This document shows positions 48,001 through 57,806 of a stretch of 64,000 bases of DNA, piece after piece; the first letter of the stretch is position 1; each line of letters opens with the position of its first letter. The notes below the pieces were generated by a model, which was given only the letters and a program-made list of their open reading frames with translations, searched no databases and was not told where the DNA came from. Origin of the DNA: Anthoceros angustus (Eukaryota > Plantae > Anthocerotophyta); the NCBI GenBank assembly GCA_010909165.1, contig MU008209.1:1-64000 (forward strand), read 5' to 3'. Position numbers and translations under genes: made by a program.

Positions 48001-49358
48001 GTAATGAATGATCCTGTTGATTTACATATAAGCATTCCTTCAAATCTCACTGGCTTGTAGACCAGATACATGTCAGGTGCAGAGGAACATTTTTCCTGTG
48101 AACCATGAAAAGGGATCCACCAAGCTGAATTCAAAAGAAAGATCACTTGCCTCCAATCCTTCAACTTGATCCACAAAAGAACAAATCCTGGAGGGCTGAA
48201 AGTTTTCCACCCCAGGAACAATGAAAGTTATTTGCTGCGGTCTCACGACAGATGTGTTCCCAAACTGTGGTGGGGAAAGAACATGGAATTTTCAGCTGAG
48301 CTACGGCTAAAAGTTTGACAAAAAAACAGTATGGCCAGGCTGCAAGCAACTGGGGGAGAAAAAGCTTGCAGACAAACCTGATCTTCCACTATCCAGTTCT
48401 TCTTTCCATCTCGTTTCTGGACTACTGCCAGCATTGTCCTCCCATGTTCTTTATCAAACTCCAGCAAAGCTCCCTCTTTCAGGAGCTCTGAAGACTTTGA
48501 GGCTATCACTGCTTCATTTACGACGGCCTTCCTGGTAACGGCCAGTAACGTCAATTCATGTACAAAAAATAACCTCCAGTGTCAAGGCTCATCACAGGGC
48601 TACATAATTCTTGGAACTGACATATCAGCCAGAGCAAATTGACTGCAAAATCAACTGAGTAAAGGGACCATCTACCTACAAGTCGTCCTTCCCACTTGAA
48701 TAGTCTCCACGTCAGCAGAACGCAGCCTTTGAAGAAAATATTTCACGTCCTTCGTGTTTCGAGGACGAAGAGGCAGAATGGAGGAAGAGCAAAACGATAT
48801 TCTGTTCCGCATGCCATGACTTGAATCTGCCGCGGCAAAACTCAAAGAATCCAGTTTCAAGCTCCAATTCCGAGAAGTGAGCCTACGATAAGCAGAACAC
48901 ACGACAGCATCTAATTTCTTCGACCTGCGCCCATCCAACATATCTGAAGCGCATTTTCCTGCCCCAGCCATCTCCACCTCCTGTTTTCTTCCTCCAGATA
49001 GTGGACACTCTACGCCGGTGTCCTGGTGATGACATCCTACAGGCGGGGAATTACCTTGAATTTTCTGGCACCTTATAGACCCTGGCACCTGGCCTCCACT
49101 CGCCGCCTTCCCTAGCGTCAACATTGTTTGAGGCTCCCAAGCGAACCTGGTAAAAATCTTCAACCCGGCAGATTGAGGTGGCTGCACTACCACAGCCTGG
49201 AACATGGTGGCAAAACGGGGCAGACTTGGTCCGTACTCACCACACGCTACTGCAGGATCAGCGGACAGACTGCCTGAGCATCTTCCCTGTCCATGTATTG
49301 CATTGCCTCTTCTCACAGGACCTCGCAAAGCCGAGAGATAATGGAGATTTGGCATCAC
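45065..49358 (-). CDS. RNR1: Ribonuclease II/R (RNB domain), organellar RNR1-like, multi-exon; start codon uncertain
   Basis: ALLEFDKEHGRTMLAVVQKRDGKKNWIVEDQ; catalytic IDSEDTVE|IDDGLS split by an intron; VWIHVADPT; TSIYLPTETIPMFP; QVTSPIRRYGDLIAHYQ; YWTLEFLRR. GT-AG introns between exons. Confidence 0.92.
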
Positions 49359-49521
49359 AAGTTACAAAAACCGCATGAGCCCCGTCCTACATCTACGCAC
49401 GGGGGGGGTGTTAATCTGTGGGTTGCGGGAATAGGATCGTTAGATTGTTTGTTCGTCCCAATCACCTTGAGCCCTAACCCTGCCCGATCACTGCCATAGC
49501 TGGGCTCAGATTGAGGGGATT

Positions 49522-50853
49522 ATGGTGACCGAGGTCGCGGGAGGAGTGGTCGTCGGGTCACACGGTGTGGAGCTGGAAGGTGTGGGCAAGGAGATAGGCA
49601 CAGCGGAAGAGACGCAGGACGGGCCCAACGGTCAGGATGGAGGTGAAGGGGATCCAGTGGCTGCACTCACAGTCGATGGCAAGGGCCCGCGACAAGAGGA
49701 AGAGGTCGCCGCTGCTTCTGAGTCGCCAAAACCTCTATCCAAGAATGCCCAGAAGAATCTGCTGAAGATGGAACGGTATATGGAACGGAAATTGCAAAGA
49801 AAGGCTTTCGAGAAGGGACGAAGGCATGAGCAGACTGCGAAGAAACGGGAAGAATGGCACGCCAAACAAGCCAGCCTGACGGAGGAAGAGAAGGAACAAG
49901 CGTTGCAAGAGAGATTGGCTCTGAGGTCTGCTCGGAAGTCGGATGACAAGCAGCGGAAGGAAAAGCTGCAGCAGGCTATGCAGACAGGCCAGAACTTGGT
50001 TCTGGACCTCGAGTTCTGTGAGCTGATGAAGCCTCATGAGGTCACCAGCTTGATTCAGCAGGTATTCGTGGTGTACTCTGTATCTCAGCTGATTTGTTCA
50101 CCATGTCTGTTTAGCACTTCCGATCTCGATTGCCTCACTGTAGTAGTGTTCTTCCAGGTCATGTATTCCTACTCTGCGAACGGAAAATCCGAGTCTCCAA
50201 CGCGGCTATCTCTAACAGGTTGCAAAGGCGAGATAAGAAAGCAGCTGGAAAGGGTGTCGGGATTCGATAATTGGCTTCTTCACAAGGAGGAGAATTCGTA
50301 CATGGAAGTGTTTAAGGAGCGGGAAGGGGATCTTGTGTATTTGACAGCAGACTCGGAGCATGTCCTGGATGCCCTTGACGACTCGAAAATCTACATCATC
50401 GGAGGACTGGTGGACCGAAACAGGTATTACGCTGGTTGGTGCTTCTCATTTGTGACCTCACAGTCGATTGTACTTGGCACGGCTCTCAGTCGTAACCGCA
50501 CTGCAGGTGGAAAGGAACGACGTTAGACAAGGCCAAGAAGCAGGGAATTGCTACAGCCAAGCTGCCCATAGGAGAACATTTGAAGATGCTCGGCTCTCAG
50601 GTCAGGACGTCTCTTTTCTGTGCCGTCTGCATGCACCGTCGCGTGGGAACTGGAAATTTCAGAACACTGAGCCAGCCCTATTGTCTCGATCCTCAAACAG
50701 GTGCTCACTGTGAACCAAGTTGTGGAGATAATCCTAAGGTACTTGGAGCTGAAGGACTGGACAAATGCACTTCTCAAGGTTATCCCTCCCAGGAAGAGAG
50801 GTGCCGAGGATGGCGGCAGCTTGCAAGGCAAAGGTAGACGATCTTGTTCCTAG
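49522..50853 (+). CDS. TRM10: tRNA (guanine-N1 at position 9) methyltransferase, Trm10 family, 4 exons
   Basis: LSKNAQK, LVLDLEFCELM, LVYLTADS, IYIIGGLVDRNR, TAKLPIGEHLKM and VLTVNQVVEII..KDW...VIPPRK. Introns ~50062-50157, 50423-50506 and 50602-50700. Confidence 0.93.
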
Positions 50854-50974
50854 TGAACTGCAGAGGGGTGATGTTTTTGGCGAATTAAGGTAGACAATTT
50901 TGTTCCGAGTGCAAATCAGAGGTGGACGATTAAGTCCCGCACGAAGTTAACTTCGGCATTTTCATGCAATTTTA

Positions 50975-53050
50975 CTCTAGGTCGGCCCTTACAACTGCAA
51001 CAACCATCTGCGAATAAATGCACGCAGTACCCATCCCTTACGACAATGTCTCTCCGTTTGAGCCTTGACATGACCTCCGTGGAACTGTGGCAATCGCTGC
51101 ACATGCGTGGATTCCTTGTTACCACCAGAGGTGTCCCACTCGGAGTGTTCAAGAGACCAAACGCCAGAGCTAGCTTCTCGGCATGCCCACAAAGCGCATC
51201 TTCCTTTTCCTTCTCACACAGTGGCTTTTAACACCATCTTTGTGTGAGGTAGGTGGCCTCGTTCATGCTTCAGACGTGCATTCGTGCTCTCTACCTTAAG
51301 CGCGATATCCTCTCGCGTTTCTCCTACCAGAAAACTATGTACCTGCTTATTCACCTCAATGCTCGCCACTGCAGGTTTCTTGCTAGCCCCTGCTGCCCTT
51401 CTCTGTGTTTCAATCCTGTCTGCATCGCTCCACCTACCTGCATCTGCATAGGCATTGGCCCTGAGCACATAGGCGGGAGCCTCCTGGGGTTCCAGCCTGA
51501 AAATGCTTTCAAAACATCACGTCGCCCTCTCTATATCCCCGTGACTTTTGCAGGCATTCAACAAAGACGTCAATCCCACAACGTTATTTTGGCCCTCACA
51601 TGATAATAGCATCTTCTCTGCCTCATCTAAACGGCCTGCACGCCCGAGAAGATCAATCATGCAATTGTAATGCTCAGTAGTAGGTTTGATGCCATGCTGT
51701 TCAGCCATGGAATCAAAGTGCGTGCGACCCTCGTGGACTAGTCCCTCATGGCTGCATGCTGCTAGAAGGCAAGTCAACGTAGCACCATCAGGCTGAATAC
51801 CGGCAACTAACATCTCCTCAAAACAAGCTAGTGCTCTCTGACCATCATCACAAGCACCATACCCAGATATCAGGGCATTCCATGTCACCACACTCTGTGT
51901 TCATGCTGTCCAAAACCTGGCGTGCATTTTGCAGTTCCCCACATTTTGCATAAATGTCCACCAGGCAGGTGCTTGACACTACGTCATCCAGCAGTCCTCT
52001 GTCCACAATCAGCGAGTGCAGCTCCCTGCCCTTCTGTAAGGCACAAGTGCTTGCACAGGCCTTCAGAAGGCAAGCAAGAGTAACATGGTTAGCCAAAATA
52101 AGGCCTCTTTGCTCCATTTGTTCATAAACAACGAGCGCCTCTTGGCCGAGTCCTTGTTGTGCATACCCCGCAATCAGCGCCGTCCATGTCACCACATTCT
52201 TTGTGGCCATGCCGTCAAAAACCCGGCGTGCTTCTTTCAGTTCACCACATTTTGCATACATGTTCACCAGGCACGTGCCCAGCACTACGTTATCCAGCAG
52301 TCCTCTTTCCACGATTTTTGAGTGCAGCTGCCTGCCTTTCTGTTAAGCACTAGTACTTGCACAGGCCTTCAGAAGGCAAGCAAATATAAAATCGTCAGCC
52401 AAAAGGGGACCCTCCTCCTCCATTTGCCCATACATAGCAAGAGCCTCACGTCTGAGCCCTTGCTGGGCATACCCAGCAATCAGAGCGGTCCATGTCACCA
52501 CATCCTTTGTCACCATGCTGGCGAGCATCTTTCAGTTCGCCACATTTTGCATACATGTCCACCGAGCAGTTGCCAACAAACAAGTTAGAAGGAATACTAC
52601 TCTGCACCACATCACAATGCACAAGTCCGCGGCTAATGCACAAGCTTGAAGTGCAGCTACAAAGACGTGAGCATCTGCCTTCACTCCTGAACTACGCATC
52701 TCATGGTACAGCCGTATGGCCTCATTAGGATTCGCATGCTTAGCATATGCAGAAATAATGGAAAACCACATGAAGACATTTGGTTTGCGAACCCTGGTGA
52801 ACACATCCATGGCCTCCTGCAGCCTACCTCCACCTGCATACACGCGCAAGATGTGATTCCCCAAGTATGCATTCCACTCGTTCCCAAGTTTGACGGTGAG
52901 GTCATGAACTCGTCGCCCCACAACAGATCCTTCTTAGCTGCACACAGTTTAAGCACGGTGTACAACAGAGACTCAGAAACAGTAGAACCTGTCCGAGCCA
53001 AAGATTCCAGGGCTGCAACGGCCTCAAAAAGCTTCCCCTGTTGACATAGC
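50975..53050 (-). pseudogene. PLS-class PPR gene with E1/E2 and DYW:KP domain ending GRP; disrupted
   Basis: Multiple P/L/S motifs, KKPAVASIEVNKQVHSFLVG, HAEKLALAFGLLNTP, RMCSDCH and CSCKGRP. In-frame TAA at 52343-52345 plus several frameshifts and short deletions. Confidence 0.85.
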
Positions 53051-53214
53051 TTGCGCGGAAAAAATCTTCTTATTTTTCAAATTTCTTCTTCTTTATTACA
53101 AGCGATTTGCGTCTTTAAAGTAATTTATGCTTTTTGTCTTGTTCAGCAACAAGAGAATTTTGAGCTTCCTTAGCTAGCATTTTCTTATTTTTGGACCCGT
53201 TTGGATGTCCCAGC

Positions 53215-53455
53215 ATTTTTTGCCTTCTTCTATTGTAATGGCGGTAGAAGTGGCTTGTACAATGAGGCCCTTTTTACCTTCTTCTATTCTAGTGGTGGAA
53301 GAGGTAGCTACCTATGCATCAAGGCCTTTTTTGGCTTCTTCACGTGTAATGGCATTGGAAGTAGCCCATGCAGCAAAGCCCTTTTTGCATTCTTCTACTA
53401 TAATGGCAATAGAAATAGCCTTTGCAACAAGGCCTTTTTTGCCTCTTCTACTTCA
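53215..53455. repeat. ~57-bp degenerate tandem repeat, about 4 units
   Basis: GGCC(C)TTTT..TTCTTCTA.TGTAATGGC..TAGAAGT.GC recurs. The minus strand reads EEGKKGLxxxATSxAITx. Confidence 0.75.
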
Positions 53456-53679
53456 CTGGCTTGTAGGCGGACCCCAAGCAGTTGTGTCGTAAGGGCGAGC
53501 TGGGCTTAAAGTGAGGTTAGAGTAGGAGTATGATGATTTGAGTTGGGATTGAGTGTGTGGATGCTGTGGATTGTTGAGTAGAGGGGTAGAGATTAGGAGT
53601 TCGAAGAAGGCCCACGTCAGAGCCTAAGGGAGGGGTCCCAAATCTATATCAAATCAAGGCTGGAAGCTAGGCCAAGATC

Positions 53680-54500
53680 TCAAAATTGCACAGGCAGTGA
53701 TGTTGCAACGTAGCATGGGGGTTCCCTATGCCAACAGCAGACTGACCTATCCCTATAGAGCATGGACCTACGACGGTAGGTGTTGTTGTAGGAAACTGAC
53801 GGAGCAGCGCGAGGAGGTGTGGCTGCTGCCTGGTTGTGAGTTGAGAATGCCCGAGTTTGTGTGAGGGGGTTTGGATTTGTGAGGAGGTACGAGCTTGTGT
53901 CTTGGAAGCTGGGTTTCATGTTAAACAGAAGTCTCATGGGACGAAACCTATTATACGTAGCGACAGTGGGATAAGTGTGGCCACTAGAGGGTAGCCTTGG
54001 GGGTCTCAAGGTTCATTCCCTCCACAGACCTTCCAAAAAACGAAGTTAGAAACAAAACAACAAAAAAACACTTCACAAAAATCCAAAAAAGATTGGAACC
54101 CTCATTCACAACCCAATTAAAAATCAAAAAACAAAAAAATCACAAAATAACCACCCAAAAAAGAAGCTAGAAACAAAACAACCAAAAACCCTCACAAAAA
54201 TTCGAAAGGACACTAGAACCTTGAGCTACGACCCAACCCAAAAGGGAAAAAAAAAGAGAAATAACTTCAAGCCCTAAGCGCCAAAGTTGCCAAGGCTGCC
54301 CCCTGGAGCTCACACCCTCAGGCACGGGCAGCTCGCTTTGGCCCTAGGCCTCGCGCCACATCGTTCCAGCCGATAGCCTCGTAATCGCGAAGCTTGCCCT
54401 CGCACACAAAGGCCGCGCTACGCCCCGACGCCTTCCAAAACTCCTGCCTCCTCCGCGCGCCGCCGCCGCCACTTCAGGGTTTGCCCTGAGCTCCACAACA
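53680..54500 (-). mobile_element. Possible retrotransposon 5' region/gag remnant
   Basis: On the minus strand a GC-rich block is followed by T-rich runs, then a low-complexity ORF ending in a possible degenerate zinc knuckle (VCCWHREPPCYVATS). Confidence 0.25.
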
Positions 54501-55972
54501 CGTCGCATGCCCTTGCCCACAGCTTCTCTAACTCCTTAAGCTTACACCCATCTTCTCCTTCTTGGGGCGATGTTTCTGATTGTAGCACTTTTGTAGTGGG
54601 AACCTCTAAGACATATGGCAATACTTCTTCTCATGGGTCCTCTTCTCAGGAGGAGAGGACCCCTTATGATGATGTTTCTAATTAGAGCGATTTTATTGTG
54701 CAAGACCTCCTGACATATGATAAAGATCCTCCTCGGGGGAAGAGGACCCCTTGCGATCATGTTTCGAATTGGAGTAAATTTGTAGTGCAAAACCTCCATA
54801 CATATGACATTACTCCCCGACCAGAAATGACTCCTTGAGATGATATTTGGGATTGGAGAAAGATAATCGTTCTACCTCATGTCTGTGACTCCATTGCAAC
54901 TTTCAGTACAAGGTTACATCGACAATTGGCAACCTAGGACCTCAAATGAGCAAGACTTGGCTGCTAATCACAAACATTTGGCAATTCTCGACAAAGAGCT
55001 CCCTGAACATGTTTGCATACCATGCACATATGGTGGACATAGCCTAGATGTAATGAAGTATGTGAAGGCTAGGAACATGGAGTAATTTTAGATGAAACTT
55101 GTCCATATCATTAGGGTGGGTGTCACCAAAATCCTCATGGCCAGCGTAATGCCTTAACATATAAGGTTGATTTCAAGTAGTTCCGAGACTTGAGCATCCC
55201 AATGATGAAAAAGCTTGTGAGATACAAATCGGTCGTGGTATCTATTAATTGTGAATAAGATGAGTTTGACTATCATCCCCACCACGAATCTTGAAAAGCT
55301 TATTTCGGTATGACAGGGACCCGGGCTGTGGAGGTGAGGGATCTGCCATTGGCACACAAGTGCATGTAGACGAAGTCAAGCTCTCAAACCATTGCAGTAA
55401 TGGACAAAGTCAAGCGCCCAAACCACCGTAGTATTGAACGAAGTCAAGCTGTGAACCTGAATATTTCCTATAGAACACTATTAGCTCTTTGCCTCAAACA
55501 ATGTGAATGTTGAAGGGGACATATCTTCTAGAAGGGGGTTTCAACCTCATTCCACTTGAAAGAAACATTGAAAAACAATTAAAGTGATAAGCTGGAACTA
55601 GAAACTTCTACAATGACATAATGAAACTAGCTCTTAAATAAGAATCCTATATGTAAATACATAATGCATCTTGAAGCAAAAACATTTCTGTGTTACTACA
55701 ACAAAATATGTATGGAAGAGAAGTCGCATAAAACTATGTGGGTTCCCATTTTGTTAGATAAGCGACTGCGCCATTATGGATTGCGAGCTTTACGAAACTC
55801 TACTACGTAAGTAAGTTTACTGAAGTAAAATAAAACGAGGAACAGGTGATGCAATCCACATGAGGACTATGTTCAACCGTTGGCCACCCACACACTTGCA
55901 CACATCCGAAACATGGACAATTGGACGGAGCCACTTGTTGCCATGTAATGTGGCACTTTTGCCACGTCTCAT

Positions 55973-57493
55973 GTGGCATTTGTGTGCAGAAGCCAGGTGG
56001 CCTGCCCTCTTGGTATAGAGCGCCAGAGCAACCGACCTTGTTGTCAAGAGGAGCAAAAGTTCAGTGCGCATTTGATGAGGGTCTGCATGTACCCTTCCAT
56101 CGATTGTTGGGTGCAGCTGGGATCCAGCATGGGTTCCCTGCGTTTGTGCACTTGTCGGCCCAACGGGAGTGCTCTGACACAGTTTCAGACTCCTTCCTTC
56201 GCAAAATGGCAGAGGATGATCTCATCCATGGTCCCTGCCCGAGTCCTGGTGTCTTGCAGGTTGTCGAACAGGTGCAGGCAGGACAACAGGGTGGTGATTG
56301 CTTCCAGCAGCAAGATCAAGAGCAAGAGCAAGAGCAAGAGCAGGACCGGGAGCAGGAGCAGCGTTGAGGCAGAAAGTGGCAGCTGTATGAGTAGCTCGTG
56401 GGAGAGTGAGCAAGCTGACAGGACTAGTCCGTCTGCATTGCAACCAAGGTCACCAACGTTGGAGCATACTTGGGCGGTTCTGCAGCCTGCAACTTGGCTC
56501 CAGTTCTGCTCTCAACATCAGCAGCTCAGCTTCTGGTTAGCCACGGCCGCAGCTACTCCCACTTCCTCCTTGCCTTCCACGCACCTGGAGACTTGCTTTC
56601 AGCTACAGACAGTGTTCGCCACCCGGAGCCCCTTGCTGTCAAGCTGGAAAGAGGAGTTCCAAGTCCTTTCTGTCATCCGACCCCAGTTCGACCCCACACC
56701 TGAAGTGAGTCCATCCATCACCCCGGGTCCATCAGTTCCTGATCCCAGCCTTCCATCTTCACCACCCTCTCACCCACCATCTACGCTCCCAGAATACCCA
56801 CCTAACGTTGCCCCGTCAGAAACTCCTGCTCCCGAAACAAACCCCGGCATCCCCGACCTGGTGCCGATACCAGATCCAGTGCCAATCCCAGAAGTACCCT
56901 CTCCCCTACCAGACATCCCTTCCCCGACAGAAATCCCAAGCGTTCCTCCCTCTCAGGTCCCCATCCCACAGGTGCCCGTGGAGGTCCCCAGCCCTGGCCC
57001 AGTTCCGGAGATCCCTGTGCCCAACGTCCCACCGGAAATACCAAATCCGTTTCCCTCCCCTGGACCAGGAATAACATTTGTTGCTCCTGGGCGACCAGTG
57101 GCGATGGTACCGGAACCGCTGCATCCCATCCTGATGCCGCCACTTCCCGAGACTGAGTTCATTCAAGATGTCGGTGGGTTCCAGGAATTATCCTTCACAG
57201 GAGTCCCAAGAGGTCCACCTATCTCCCCGCCCAACACTCCTCCGCTCACACCTCCTGGTGTGCCCACGCCCACCCCTCCTCCGTCTACTCCTCCAATTCC
57301 TCCTCCCGGAACTACTCCTCCTTTCCCCCCACCACAGACTCCTCCAATCCCTCCTGGTGGGACTGGTCCTGTCCCTCCACCAACTACTCCACCTCTCCCT
57401 CCTGGTGGAGTGCCCCCTTCTGGACTCCCAGAATTTCCTCCTACTCCATCCCCAGGCCCGGAAATCTTCCCTCCAAGTCCACCCACCATCTGA
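55973..57493 (+). CDS. Intronless proline-rich protein of unknown function; ATG likely at 56087 or 56129
   Basis: 506-codon open frame with a Ser/Arg-rich N-terminus and PEIP/PxVP and PPxTPP repeats. Confidence 0.7.
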   Translation: MAFVCRSQVACPLGIERQSNRPCCQEEQKFSAHLMRVCMYPSIDCWVQLGSSMGSLRLCTCRPNGSALTQFQTPSFAKWQRMISSMVPARVLVSCRLSNRCRQDNRVVIASSSKIKSKSKSKSRTGSRSSVEAESGSCMSSSWESEQADRTSPSALQPRSPTLEHTWAVLQPATWLQFCSQHQQLSFWLATAAATPTSSLPSTHLETCFQLQTVFATRSPLLSSWKEEFQVLSVIRPQFDPTPEVSPSITPGPSVPDPSLPSSPPSHPPSTLPEYPPNVAPSETPAPETNPGIPDLVPIPDPVPIPEVPSPLPDIPSPTEIPSVPPSQVPIPQVPVEVPSPGPVPEIPVPNVPPEIPNPFPSPGPGITFVAPGRPVAMVPEPLHPILMPPLPETEFIQDVGGFQELSFTGVPRGPPISPPNTPPLTPPGVPTPTPPPSTPPIPPPGTTPPFPPPQTPPIPPGGTGPVPPPTTPPLPPGGVPPSGLPEFPPTPSPGPEIFPPSPPTI

Positions 57494-57806
57494 ATTTACC
57501 TTCCCTTGGAGGTTTAGACCATTCTGGCAAAGCCGGATGTAGAGGTAGGGTGTTATGAATTTGTACCAGTTGAATAAAATCTCTTCTGCTTTCAACGAAT
57601 GAGTTTGCTGTAGGAGATCTGACAACCCCGCGAGCATGAACATCACGTACCTCGTAACGTTATACAAGAAGCTCCAAATGAGCAGCTGGCTATGGGACTG
57701 GTCAGATACCTGCCGAACCAGGTCCACATGCCTTGGCAGAACCGGAGTCAGTCCATTGCTGTTTTCTTCTTACACTGCTTATCAAACTCGAGTTCATTAC
57801 AGACCA

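Noticed and set aside
54540-55450. Weakly repetitive, coding-looking stretch
   Set aside because: No motif I can assign and multiple stops in all frames.
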